Shown here piece by piece: positions 19,258 through 29,661 of a stretch of 64,000 bases of DNA. Numbering within the stretch: position 1 is the first letter of the stretch; every line of letters starts with the position of its first letter. Position numbers and translations under genes: made by a program. The stretch is from an uncultured delta proteobacterium (GTDB taxonomy: Bacteria; Desulfobacterota; Zymogenia; Zymogenales; Zymogenaceae), in contig CAVTLK010000001.1 of NCBI GenBank assembly GCA_963735595.1, positions 896,001-960,000 of the forward strand. The letters are read 5' to 3'. A model generated the notes under the pieces. That model was not told the origin of the DNA and ran no database searches. It saw nothing but the letters and a program-made list of their open reading frames with translations.

Positions 19258-21993
19258 TCACCCGGCGCCGTCGAGTATCGTACGGATCTTTTCCGAAAAC
19301 TCCTTGAGGGTGGCCGGCTTCTGGACGAACCCCTCCACACGGCTCATGTCCAGTTCGCCCGCCTTTCCGTTGAGCGCGTACCCGGAGGTGATCAGCACCC
19401 TCACGGCCGGCGCGACCTCCCTGATCGCCGCCAGCGTTTCCTTCCCCCCCATCTTCGGCATGATCACATCCAGGATTACCAGGTCGATTGTATCCCGATG
19501 TTCCTTGAAAAGAGCTACCCCCTGCTCGCCGTTCTCCGCTAAAAGCACGCGGTAACCTTTTCGTAGCAGGTATTCCATCCATACGGTCCTCACCACCGGT
19601 TCATCGTCGATAATGAGTATGGTTTCATGCCCTCCCTTATGGTCTTTCCCGCCCGCTTCCCGCTCCTCCTTAACCGCCCCCCTGCTTACCGGGAAATAGA
19701 GGTTAAACGTCGTCCCATGCCCGGGTTCGCTGTAGACGGTGATGAACCCACCGTGCTTTTTCATCGTTCCGTATACCGTAGAAAGCCCCATCCCCGTACC
19801 GCCCGCCTCCAACTTTGTCGTGAAGAAGGGCTCAAACAGGTGATCCTTCACATCCTGCGTCATCCCGGTTCCCGTATCGCTCACCCCTAACACCAGGTGT
19901 TCGCCCTCCCGGCTGCCGATGTGCGTCCGCACGAAACCGCCGTCCAGGTATTTTCGATACGTTTCTATAGCCAAGGTCCCTCCATCGGGCATGGCGTCCC
20001 GGGCGTTGATGCAGAGGTTCAGCAGGCACTGCTGCATATACGCCGCGTCCACCTCAAAGCTCGGCAGACCGTCGGCAAGGACGGTCTTGATCTCGATAGA
20101 CTTGTCAAAGGCCCCCCCTATCAGCGGGAGGATGTTTTCGACGATTGCATTGAGGTTGCCGCCTACCAGGCGGTACTCGCCGGCGCGGGTTACGTTGAGC
20201 AGTTCACGAGTCAATTGCGAAGCTTTAAGCGTCCCCTCAAAAATGGTCTTCAGGGCCTTATATTCAGGATGGTCCTCACTCTTGTCGTGCAGGAGGAATT
20301 CGGAGTACCCCATAATGCCTACGAGGATATTGTTAAAATTGTGGGCGATCCCTCCTGCCATGGCCCCGATCGCGTCCATCTTCTGTGTTTGCAGGAACTG
20401 CTCCTCAAGCTTCTTGCGTTCCGTGACTTCCCGTGCAAAAACCATTATGCCCGGCTTACCATCCCATACAATGGAAACAGCGATGGCTTCGTACCACCCG
20501 ATATCACCGGACTTCTTGACATACCGGTATTCGGAAGAATAGGTTACGGAATCCCCTCCGAGCTTTCGGCGGAATTCCCGGGCAGCCGGTTCGTTGTCTT
20601 CGGGAAGCGTGATATCCTGCAGAACCTTACCCCTCAGCTCCTCGATCGGATAGCCGGTTATCTGCTCCGTCATCGGGTTGGCGTATACGACGGCGCCGTC
20701 CACGAAGACAACGATGGCCTCCTGGGCGTTTTCGACGACCTGCCGATATCTCACCTCCGACTCTCTCAGCGCCTCCTCGGCAAGCCTTCGGTCGGTTACG
20801 TCGTGGACGATTGAGTGAAGGAGAGCCTTACCCCGCGCCTCGATCCTGCTGCTGAATACCTCTACGTCCCGGACGGAACCGTCGGCCCTTTTGTGGCGAA
20901 ATTCGAAATGAACGGCCTCTTTTGATTTGACCTTTTCTATTGCCTCGCCCACCTCATGGGGCGGCAGCGTGTTGACGTCGTGGATCTTCATCTTTTTGAG
21001 CCGTTCGATCGGCCAACCGTAGAAACGAACCGCCGCTTCATTGGCATCCACAATACGCCCGGTATCGGGATCGACGATTAGCTTAACGGCGGAGTGGCGA
21101 TGGAACAGATTTCTGAAAAGCTCTTCGCTTCGCTGCAGTTCCTCCTCGGCCTTCTTATGTTCGGTGACGTCCCGAAGCGCTCCCAGGAATCCGGCAAAGT
21201 CGCCGTCCTTGTAGAGTATGTTTGCCGATATGACGGCGGACCTCTTTGTTCCATCCTTCCTGATGAGGGTAAAGCCAAGATCCCTGATGGGTTCGCCCGA
21301 TTGACGCAGCTGCCGATAAAAGGCAGTGATCCTTTTGGCGTCCTCGTCGTTCATCCCTTTCCGGAAGTTTGTACCGATAGCCTCTTCCCTCGGGTATCCC
21401 GTGAGCTTCACGAAGACGTCGTTTACCTCGGCGAAGCACCCCTTCCGGTCGAGGGTGAAAAGCGCCTCGATCGAATCATTAAAGAGGCTCCGGTACTGAT
21501 CGGCGGTGCGCGTGAGTTCCTGGTTTGCTTCTATGAGCTCGTTCGTCCGTTCTTCCACCTGCAGCTTCAGGGTTTCCTGCGTCCTCCGGAGCGACTCCTC
21601 GAGGTGTTTGTGGTGCATCGCGTATCGTATGGAGCGGGTAAGGATTGCCGAGTCGAAATGGCCCTTCAGGAGGTAGTCATGTGCCCCCTTGTCCAGCGCT
21701 TCCATGGCGGCGGCCTCGTCGTCGATGCCGGATATGACGATCAATGGCAGAGAGCTGTTAATACCTACTATCTCTTCAAGGGTGTTGGTTCTCTGGCTGT
21801 CGGGAAGATTCAAGTCCAGGAGGATCAGGTCGTAGTTACCGGTATCGAGTAGCTCCTTGCCTTGGGCAAGCGTAGAAGCGATATCCAGGGTATAGCGCGC
21901 CGTTTCCTGCTGTGAGAGCATATCCGCAATGAGACGTTGATCCAGCGGGTTGTCTTCGATATGGATAACCCTAACAGTTCTTTTTCGTGCCAT
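19258..21993 (-). CDS. Hybrid sensor histidine kinase: REC-PAS-PAS-PAS-HisKA-HATPase-REC
   Basis: LLDLNLPD, three PAS/PAC repeats, AGGIAHNFNN, NLCINARDAM, DTGTGM, FEPFFTTK, GTGMGL, ILDVIMPKMGG. Confidence 0.95.
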   Translation of the reverse strand: MARKRTVRVIHIEDNPLDQRLIADMLSQQETARYTLDIASTLAQGKELLDTGNYDLILLDLNLPDSQRTNTLEEIVGINSSLPLIVISGIDDEAAAMEALDKGAHDYLLKGHFDSAILTRSIRYAMHHKHLEESLRRTQETLKLQVEERTNELIEANQELTRTADQYRSLFNDSIEALFTLDRKGCFAEVNDVFVKLTGYPREEAIGTNFRKGMNDEDAKRITAFYRQLRQSGEPIRDLGFTLIRKDGTKRSAVISANILYKDGDFAGFLGALRDVTEHKKAEEELQRSEELFRNLFHRHSAVKLIVDPDTGRIVDANEAAVRFYGWPIERLKKMKIHDVNTLPPHEVGEAIEKVKSKEAVHFEFRHKRADGSVRDVEVFSSRIEARGKALLHSIVHDVTDRRLAEEALRESEVRYRQVVENAQEAIVVFVDGAVVYANPMTEQITGYPIEELRGKVLQDITLPEDNEPAAREFRRKLGGDSVTYSSEYRYVKKSGDIGWYEAIAVSIVWDGKPGIMVFAREVTERKKLEEQFLQTQKMDAIGAMAGGIAHNFNNILVGIMGYSEFLLHDKSEDHPEYKALKTIFEGTLKASQLTRELLNVTRAGEYRLVGGNLNAIVENILPLIGGAFDKSIEIKTVLADGLPSFEVDAAYMQQCLLNLCINARDAMPDGGTLAIETYRKYLDGGFVRTHIGSREGEHLVLGVSDTGTGMTQDVKDHLFEPFFTTKLEAGGTGMGLSTVYGTMKKHGGFITVYSEPGHGTTFNLYFPVSRGAVKEEREAGGKDHKGGHETILIIDDEPVVRTVWMEYLLRKGYRVLLAENGEQGVALFKEHRDTIDLVILDVIMPKMGGKETLAAIREVAPAVRVLITSGYALNGKAGELDMSRVEGFVQKPATLKEFSEKIRTILDGAG

Positions 21994-22175
21994 TAAACTG
22001 CCCTGCTCGTATTAAAAAAATATCGTTATCGTTTATCACCAGGAAACGTGACCGTAAAATCCTTTTCCCTTTCATTTTATGGATTTAATTATATTCAATA
22101 TTATAACATTTATCAAATAGTAAGTTTTATTTAACTATTGAACATGCTATTTTTCTAACGTCGTAATTTGGATCA

Positions 22176-22212
22176 GGGATTGCCGCGCCGTCGGCTGGGT
22201 ATTCGAAATGAC
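22176..22212. repeat. Degenerate GTCATTGCGAG-family element
   Basis: gggattgccgcgccg...ttcgaaatgac. Confidence 0.5.
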
Positions 22213-22370
22213 GGATTGTTGTTCTCCGGTGACGGCCGGGGATAACCATCATTCCACGGGCGACCGGGCGTATCCGCACCGTCCCGCGGTTGCCCGCGGT
22301 GCGTGGGCGTGCTATAATTATATATAGATATTCTACCCGATTAACCCGGGAGAAAAAAAGGAGGCATATC

Positions 22371-22757
22371 ATGAACGACTCTCAGATCTTTCAACTCATC
22401 GGCCTGGCCTATACCGCGATGGGACTGGGGGGCGTGATCAATAAGGACTCGTACAAACACCTCGCCGAGGGGTTTGCCGGCTCCCCCGCCCTCCTCTTTG
22501 TGACCGGCCTGCTCACGCTCGTGACCGGCTTTGTGATCGTCAGCTTTCACAACGTGTGGGCTATGGGCTGGACGGTCCTCATCACGATCATCGGCTGGAT
22601 CGCCCTGATCAAGGGAATTATGATCTTCGTGTTCCCCGGATTCTATATGTATATCAGCAAGAAGATGGAAGTGAACCTACGGTTCATGCGGGTATACGCC
22701 GGTATTGTGCTCACCATGGGCATCTTCTTCCTGCTGTTGGGATTCGGGGTGCTGTAG
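22371..22757 (+). CDS. 4-TM membrane protein
   Basis: AGGAGG RBS; HNVW..GW.VLITIIGW.ALIKG motif. Confidence 0.75.
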   Translation: MNDSQIFQLIGLAYTAMGLGGVINKDSYKHLAEGFAGSPALLFVTGLLTLVTGFVIVSFHNVWAMGWTVLITIIGWIALIKGIMIFVFPGFYMYISKKMEVNLRFMRVYAGIVLTMGIFFLLLGFGVL

Positions 22758-22840
22758 GGTTTACGGTCGCCGTCCCGAACGCGCTTAAACCCGTAGGAGC
22801 CGCAATGCGTAACAATGCCGCTCCAGCGGCGATTATTATT

Positions 22841-23051
22841 GTCATTGCGAGCTGCCATCCACCACTTCGTCGTCATTGCGAGGCCCCCTTAGGGGCCGCG
22901 GCAACCCCCTCACTGTCATCGTAGACCCATCCCGTCGTTGCGAGGAACCGAAGGTGACGAAGCAATCTCCTCGCCGTCGGAGACATTAACGACTTAATCG
23001 CCTTTGGCAACGAGGAGATTGCCACGGTCGCTGACGCTCCCTCGCAATGAC
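22841..23051. repeat. Cluster of four GTCATTGCGAG-family elements
   Basis: Copies starting at 22841, 22872 and 22934, and an inverted copy at 23015-23051. Confidence 0.8.
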
Positions 23052-23285
23052 GAGTGACGTATGAGCCGGATTTGATCGGTTCCTTTCTGTAAATTAGCGT
23101 CAAGTGGAGATTTGAACCGTTTACTCTCATAATTATCGCACTTCCGCTACGTGGATAAGAGTTTAGCGGAGATTTGACCTTTTTTTTATAGTTAAATTTA
23201 GTATTGACACATTCACCTAAGAGTACTATACAAAAGTGTAGGTAAAATTTCACTTTTAGCTCAAATATCTTAACAGAGTATAGTC

Positions 23286-23798
23286 GTGGAGCGTTCATTA
23301 ATACTCGGTGTAATTTCATTAGTCTCTGGATTTATTTCAATTGCGATATCGTATGTCGCGTGGCGTTTAGCTAAAAAGACAGATACTTTAGGTAGAAAAA
23401 CAGATGATTTAGCTCGAGAGACAGATAAGGTTATCCGTGCGATTGCGAACTTGAAATATGATGAAAAACTAGCGGTTATGGCCATACATCTAGCAGACGC
23501 GTTACGAATTCCGGAAACGGATCTAACGGATGGGGATAAAAAACAATTGATACTATTAATCGAAAGCGTCGAATATGATCTTAGCGCAGTTACTAGCCTA
23601 ATAAGCTATGGTTCGTCTTTAAAAAAGACGAAATTGATAAGCGAGTTTATTAAACCAATTGTCGATAAGTTCCTCTCAATTAACTTAGAGTTTGGTGCGG
23701 CTAACGCGGTAGGACGAATCATTGAAATGGCACTCAGTTATAAAATAGATGCTGACGAGTTTAAAGATTTTCAACGAAGGCTTAGACGAGTCGAGTAG
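23286..23798 (+). CDS. Hypothetical protein, N-terminal TM plus heptad repeats (AT-rich island)
   Basis: Hydrophobic N-terminus then KKTDTLG-RKTDDLA-RETDKVI; TTGACA-17-TATACA at 23204-23232. Confidence 0.6.
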   Translation: MERSLILGVISLVSGFISIAISYVAWRLAKKTDTLGRKTDDLARETDKVIRAIANLKYDEKLAVMAIHLADALRIPETDLTDGDKKQLILLIESVEYDLSAVTSLISYGSSLKKTKLISEFIKPIVDKFLSINLEFGAANAVGRIIEMALSYKIDADEFKDFQRRLRRVE

Positions 23799-23998
23799 CT
23801 CTTAACAGAGAAGGAACGGGAATTTAATCTCTTTTTGGTCTACTATCTACAACAATTCTAAATAGACAGTACGTTAAGGCAATAACCTTACTATCTCGGT
23901 TAGGAATATTTGCAGATTGTGGAAGTCGGCAAGAGTATAAGAGCGAATAATACAAGCCTTAAAAGAATGAATCTGACTACGTTGTTTTGGTACTAACA

Positions 23999-26673
23999 AT
24001 GGATATATTTGACGAAATATATGGATGGATCAGTGCGCAGCCTAATTGGCTACGGGAACGCGGCTCGCCGTCTTGCTTCCAAAGAGAGCCTTTCCGATGC
24101 CGATTATCAAGAGATACTTTTAATGCTTGAGTCAGACAATGATGTGCCGATTGAACCAGATAAGGTAGTACCGACTCCAGTACCAATCAAAAGAGATGAT
24201 TTTGTCATCCCGAAGTCGGGAGGTCCTAAAGTTGTACTAGATAGGCTTTACAATGTGAGAAATGTGAATGCTCTAGTTCCGGATCAGACTATCCATTTTG
24301 CGTTGGAAGGTATAACTATTATTTACGGAGAACACGCGATCCGGGAAATCTGGATACTCCCGGGTACTAAAGAGAGCTTGTCAGTCAAAGGATGGGTCAC
24401 GAAAAGATACTTCCTGATGTCTATAAAAAAGATGAGAAAAAGGAACGTGCGACGGCAGCTTTTGATTTTGAGGTAGACGGTGAAAAAAGAACCGAGGAAT
24501 TGATAGATGAGGTGCGCTATCCCGAGAGTCTTAAGGAGATTGCCGTTTTTGACTCGAAGTGTGCACGTCTGTTTGTCGATAAAAATAATAGGATAAGTTA
24601 TATACCATATGGATTAGACATATTTCAGCGTCTGGCAAACGTTTGCGATGAAGTGAAGAAACGCATTGAAGGGAAAAAGGGAGTCTGTCGAGGAAATACC
24701 GGACGCGTTTTCTACTACTTACCGAGAAACTAGAGTGGGACACTTTATTTCAAGCCTCGATTGGAGGACGGAGACTAAAGATATCATAGAACTAGCATTG
24801 CTTAATCAGACAGAATTAACAAGGTTAAGTAAACTATTAGAGGTCAAAAGGTCTGAGAATCCGAGTATTGTATCGGATAACCTGGGTCGATTGGGAAGCA
24901 GAATCGAACGATTGATGGCATTGATTGATCTGGCGGACAATACGCTGTCTGAAGAATCGACCGCTTTATTAAAAGAAAAACAGACTAAGGCGCAAGTTGC
25001 TAGGAGCGTTGTAGAAACAGCTTCAAAAGAAGTTCTTAAAAGAGAAATCTTTGCCAGGCGTTGGGACTGACCCTTGGAAACAGATGTTTTATGCAGCCCA
25101 GAGGTTTTCTCAACATGTGGCGTACCCGGGGAAAGAGTTCCCTTTTACAGAGGGTGATAGCCGTTGCGTTCTATGCCAACAGACCTTAGATGTTGATGCT
25201 AAGGTTCGTTTAGAAAGGTTCTGGGATTTTATTATTAGTGACGTTCAAAAGCAATCTGAGGAAAGCACGGCTGAGTTCGAGGCCAAGCGCAATACACTGA
25301 ATAATGTACCTTTAAGACCGGAATCTGGCGATCCAGAGATCCTCGATGAAATAGGGATCATAGATCCGGGACTTAAAAAGCTAACTCTCACCTATATCCA
25401 AAGCATAGAACCTAGGGTTAAGGGAATCAAGAAAGCCTGCGATACAGGTGAATGGATCAACTTGCCGACCCTGCCAGAATCCCCTACCGTTGCGCTGAAA
25501 TCCGCTTCGGAAGTACTTAAAGAACAGATTAAAGAACTCTTGACGTTCATTAATCAAAGAATTGCAGTTGAAGCAGAGTTACTCGATTTGGAGGCGAGGC
25601 AGTATTTATCTAAAGAGAAAACTACTGTATTAAGAATACTAAAGCAAATGAAAATTAAACATTATTGTGAGGAATGTACGAAGTGCCTAAATACTAGAAG
25701 TTTAACAGATACCCAGAACCACCTAATGGCAAAGGCAGTTACCAGTAAATTAAGGGAAAAATTATCAAAAGAGCTTAAGAAGCTCAACGTGGACTATTTA
25801 GGACTAGATGTAGCAAATAAAGGCGAAAAGGGAAGCACATTAATTGGACTACAAATGTCGGAGGGCAATCCGAAGAGCGTATATCTCTCTGATATACTTA
25901 GCGAAGGAGAGCAGAGAGCGGTAGCTATAGCTTCTTTTTTAGCTGAGATCGAGGCGACCGGTTTCCAGAGTGGAATTGTCTTTGATGACCCAGTTTCATC
26001 GCTTGATCACAGGTTTAGAGAACGCGTTGCAAAAAGGCTTGTGGAGGAGGCAAAAAAGAGGCAAGTAATAGTGTTTACTCACGACATAGTTTTTTTGCTT
26101 GAGATTGTGGAGTGCGCGAATAGGGAGAGGGTGCCAATAATGCCCAGACGATCGAGCGTAGTATTGTTACTATAGGCAGATGTATCGACGATATACTTGG
26201 AAAGTAAGAAAACAACGGCTAGGATAACGGATTTGCACTCCCTACTAAGAAACGCACGCGACGCTTCAAATTTGGGCCTTTCTGAGCGGTATTCGGAAAT
26301 TGTTAAAACCTTTTACGATAGACTGAGGACGACGTGGGAAAGGCTTGTCGAAGAAAATCTGTTTCGCAAGACGATTCTGAGATTTAGAGACAGCGTTGAT
26401 ATAAAAAATCTTGACGGAGTTGAAGTGAACGACGACGACTTTAGAACAATTTACTGGGGATGGGATAATAGCTCAAAAAAGATAGCTAGCCATGATAAGG
26501 CGGCGGGGGCCAAACCAGACTTGCCTCCGATCAGCGATCTGGAGAATGATCTTCAGGACATCGAGAAATATTTCGATGATCTAAAGAAAAAAATAAACGA
26601 AGTGGAACGAAGGGAAAAATGCGTAAGCCCGATAATCGCGGAACACAAAAAAGGTAGGGGGCCAAGTCTTTAA
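23999..26673 (+). CDS. RloC-like Rad50/SMC ABC-ATPase with zinc hook and putative HEPN-like C-terminus; about 5-6 frameshifts (errors or pseudogene)
   Basis: Reconstructed MDIFDEIYGW..QPNWLR.AARRL; Walker A IIYGE../SGKSGY; CVLCQQ hook; LSEGEQRA signature; VFDDPVSSLD; VFTHD; tail YDRLRTTWERLVEE...ASHD. Confidence 0.75.
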
Positions 26674-26789
26674 CAGCCGGCCTTTCCCTCGCCTCCACTC
26701 TATACCCCAAGCTAAGTTTACCAAGTTTCATATTTTACAAACATAGTCAAACCTATATAAATCGGACGCGACTTCCACCCCTCAATGAC

Positions 26790-26827
26790 GAGTTTGCTTC
26801 GTCGGGCAAAGCCCTCCTCGCAATGAC
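26790..26827. repeat. GTCATTGCGAG-family element at the right edge of the AT-rich island
   Basis: Reverse complement gtcattgcgaggagggctttgcccgacgaagcaaactc, close to 10785-10822. Confidence 0.8.
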
Positions 26828-26993
26828 GGTGAAGTGCCATCGCCCCCCCCTCTCCCCCTCCCTACGAAAAATCACCCCCCCTCTTCTCATTACGCTTGCA
26901 TTTTTCCGCGGCAAGCGTCTATTATCGTCCTACCTACCGTTTTGCACAGTAAACCGACCCAATTGTTCAGCTGAATTATTCATTGAAAGGGAT

Positions 26994-27677
26994 ATGATGG
27001 CGAACTTTGAAATCTCTCAATTCAACGAAAGAAACTCCCAGAAAAAGAGCCACCCCCCCGGCAGGATCAAGATCACCGAAAGCCTCCGCGTACTCTTGCG
27101 CGAAAAGGACTTCAATGCCATCACCACCGCCGAGATCGCCAAGAACGCCGGGGTTACCGAGGCCCTTATCTATAAGTATTTCAAGGATAAGCGCGACCTC
27201 CTCTACCAGGTGTTGGCCGAGTACATGGAGCGCTACATCGTGCAGGCCCACCACGAGCTCAACGGCATCAAGGGCGCCTTCAACAAGCTCCGCAAGACCA
27301 TCTGGACGCACATCAACGTCTACGCCACCGACCGGGTCTTCGCCAAGATCCTGATGCTCGAGGTCAGGAGCTTTTCGGACTACTACACCAGCGAGCCTTA
27401 CCGGCTCGTCAAGGAATACAGCGTGCTGCTTTCTGATATCATCGAGGAGGGCATCGCGAACGGGGAGATCAGGGACGACATCCCCCCCCCGCTCATGTGC
27501 CAGGTGATCCTCGGGGGTATCGAGCACGTCTGCCTGACCCGCGTGATCTTCAGCCGGGAGATCCAGCCCGATACGATGACCGACGACCTGACCAGGATCA
27601 TCTTCAGGGGGATCGAAAACCGGAAACACGAGGGCGAAAAAAAGGGGGAAAAGGCAGATATTTTTCTTGACAAATAG
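26994..27677 (+). CDS. TetR/AcrR family transcriptional regulator (FadR/YsiA-like)
   Basis: HTH ITTAEIAKNAGVTEALIYKYFKDKRDL. Confidence 0.9.
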   Translation: MMANFEISQFNERNSQKKSHPPGRIKITESLRVLLREKDFNAITTAEIAKNAGVTEALIYKYFKDKRDLLYQVLAEYMERYIVQAHHELNGIKGAFNKLRKTIWTHINVYATDRVFAKILMLEVRSFSDYYTSEPYRLVKEYSVLLSDIIEEGIANGEIRDDIPPPLMCQVILGGIEHVCLTRVIFSREIQPDTMTDDLTRIIFRGIENRKHEGEKKGEKADIFLDK

Positions 27678-27694
27678 CGGTAAGTTAGTATCAT
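27667..27694 (+). promoter_or_regulatory. Sigma70 promoter of the acyl-CoA operon
   Basis: TTGACA (27667-27672), 16 bp, TATCAT (27689-27694). Confidence 0.55.
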
Positions 27695-27797
27695 TCACCC
27701 ACCGGGTGTTGTGTTCGGATATTGGATAATATCCTATAATTCCGAATAGTTATAACATATTAGTTTTATTTACTAACACACGGTACGGAGTCATGAC

Positions 27798-29498
27798 ATG
27801 AAACGAGAACGCTTTTGGACCAAATCCTACGGCCAGGTAATCAAGGACGTCGACCCCAAGCTCTTCGAAACCAGCACTATCGACCTTTATCGGGAAACCA
27901 TCAAAAAAAACGCGAAAGTCCCCGCCTATATCTTCATGGGCGTCCCGTTCACCTTTGCCGAGTTTGACCGCCTGTCCAACCAGTTTGCCAACATGCTGAT
28001 CAAAAACGGCCTGAAAAAGGGAGACGTGGTGGGGATAAACCTGCCCAATATCCCGGTCTGCCCCATCGCCTGGCTGGGCACGCTCAAGGCCGGCTGCGTC
28101 GTCACCGGCGTCTCGCCGCTGCTCTCGACCGACGAGATGGAGCATCAGCTGCGCGATTCCGAGGCCAAGTGCCTGGTGACCCTGGACGCGCTCTACGCCT
28201 ACCGGGCGATCAACATCGCGCCCAAGCTCCCGAACCTCAAGGTCATCGTCGCCGGCAGCGTCGTCGACTTTCTGCCCAAGATCAAGCAGTTCCTCGCCAA
28301 GAAGCTCAAGAAGATCCCCACCGGGCCCGTCACGCCGCTCGCGGGCAAGACCGTATACACCGTCATGGACGTCCTCAAGAAGGGCGCGTTTGCCGACGGC
28401 GATCCCGGCGTGAAGGTCGGCCCGGACGACACCGCACTCCTCATGTATACCGGCGGCACCACGGGCGTTCCCAAGGGCGCGATCCTCACCCACCGCAATA
28501 ACGTCGCCGAGATCCTCATCTCGACCGCATACATGCAGTGGTACAAGTTTCAGGAGAACGCGCTGTCCGCCTTCCCGATGTTCCACATCGCCGGCATGGC
28601 ATTCAACGAGATATCCTTCTACAACGGCTGGACGCAGATCATGCTGCCCGATCCCCGCAATACCGAGTATATCTGCGATATGCTGAAAAAGTACAAGCCG
28701 TTCCTCATCGCCAACGTTCCCTCCCTCTACCACATGCTCATGGCAAACCCGCGGTTCAAAACCCTTGATCACAGCAACCTCCAGCAGTGCGTATCGGCGG
28801 CGGCCCCGTTCCCGGTGGAGTCCCAGAAGGAGCTTGAGTCGGTCATCGGCAAGAACAAGCTCATCGAGCTCTACGGCATGACCGAGACCACCGCGATCTG
28901 CGTCATGAATCCCCTCAAGGGAGACCGCAAGCTGGGCACGATTGGGCTCCCGCTTCCCAATACCGATATCAAGCTCGTGGAGCCCGGAACCGGCAAGGAC
29001 GTGACCGCCGGCCAGCCCGGCGAATTCTGCATCAAGTGCCCCAACCTGATGCAGGGCTATTATAAGAAGCCGGAAGAGACCAGGCTCGTCTTTGACAGCG
29101 AGGGATACTTCCATACCGGCGACGTGATGGTCCAGGACAAGGGGGGCTACCTGACGATCGTCGACCGCACCAAGGATATGATCATCGTCTCCGGCTTCAA
29201 GGTCTTCTCCAAGAAGGTCGAAGACATCCTGGCCAAGCACCCCGCCGTCGAGATGATAGCCACCATCGGCCTGCCCGACCCGAAAAGGCCGGGCTCGGAA
29301 CTGGTCAGGGCCTACATGACGGTAGTGCCCGGATACGACTACGGCGGCGACGAAGACAAGCTCAAGGCCGACGTACTGGCCATGGCCAAAGAAAAGCTCG
29401 CCCCCTACGAGGTGCCCAAGGAGATCGTGATCAGGAAAGAGCTGCCGTTGACCAGCGTCGGCAAGCTGGATAAAAAGCAGCTTAGGAAAAACCCGTAA
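27798..29498 (+). CDS. Long-chain acyl-CoA ligase (AMP-binding)
   Basis: YTGGTTGVPKG, ELYGMTE, FHTGD, DRTKDMIIVSG, LPLTSVGK. Confidence 0.92.
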   Translation: MKRERFWTKSYGQVIKDVDPKLFETSTIDLYRETIKKNAKVPAYIFMGVPFTFAEFDRLSNQFANMLIKNGLKKGDVVGINLPNIPVCPIAWLGTLKAGCVVTGVSPLLSTDEMEHQLRDSEAKCLVTLDALYAYRAINIAPKLPNLKVIVAGSVVDFLPKIKQFLAKKLKKIPTGPVTPLAGKTVYTVMDVLKKGAFADGDPGVKVGPDDTALLMYTGGTTGVPKGAILTHRNNVAEILISTAYMQWYKFQENALSAFPMFHIAGMAFNEISFYNGWTQIMLPDPRNTEYICDMLKKYKPFLIANVPSLYHMLMANPRFKTLDHSNLQQCVSAAAPFPVESQKELESVIGKNKLIELYGMTETTAICVMNPLKGDRKLGTIGLPLPNTDIKLVEPGTGKDVTAGQPGEFCIKCPNLMQGYYKKPEETRLVFDSEGYFHTGDVMVQDKGGYLTIVDRTKDMIIVSGFKVFSKKVEDILAKHPAVEMIATIGLPDPKRPGSELVRAYMTVVPGYDYGGDEDKLKADVLAMAKEKLAPYEVPKEIVIRKELPLTSVGKLDKKQLRKNP

Positions 29499-29661
29499 CA
29501 TGAGGGACCCGGCGCCGGCCGGCCTATTTGCCGCCCGCAGCGCCGTCGATCGTATATTTTATATGAGTACGCCGTCGGGAGAATGATCTCCCGCACCGGG
29601 CCGTGTCGGTTCTTGCCGTTTACCGCCCGGTAACGCGATTTATATTTTCATGGAGGTTCAT

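Noticed and set aside
10731..26827. Recurrent 35-45 bp palindromes as a CRISPR array
   Set aside because: Dispersed, both orientations, variable interiors, no regular spacers and no cas genes
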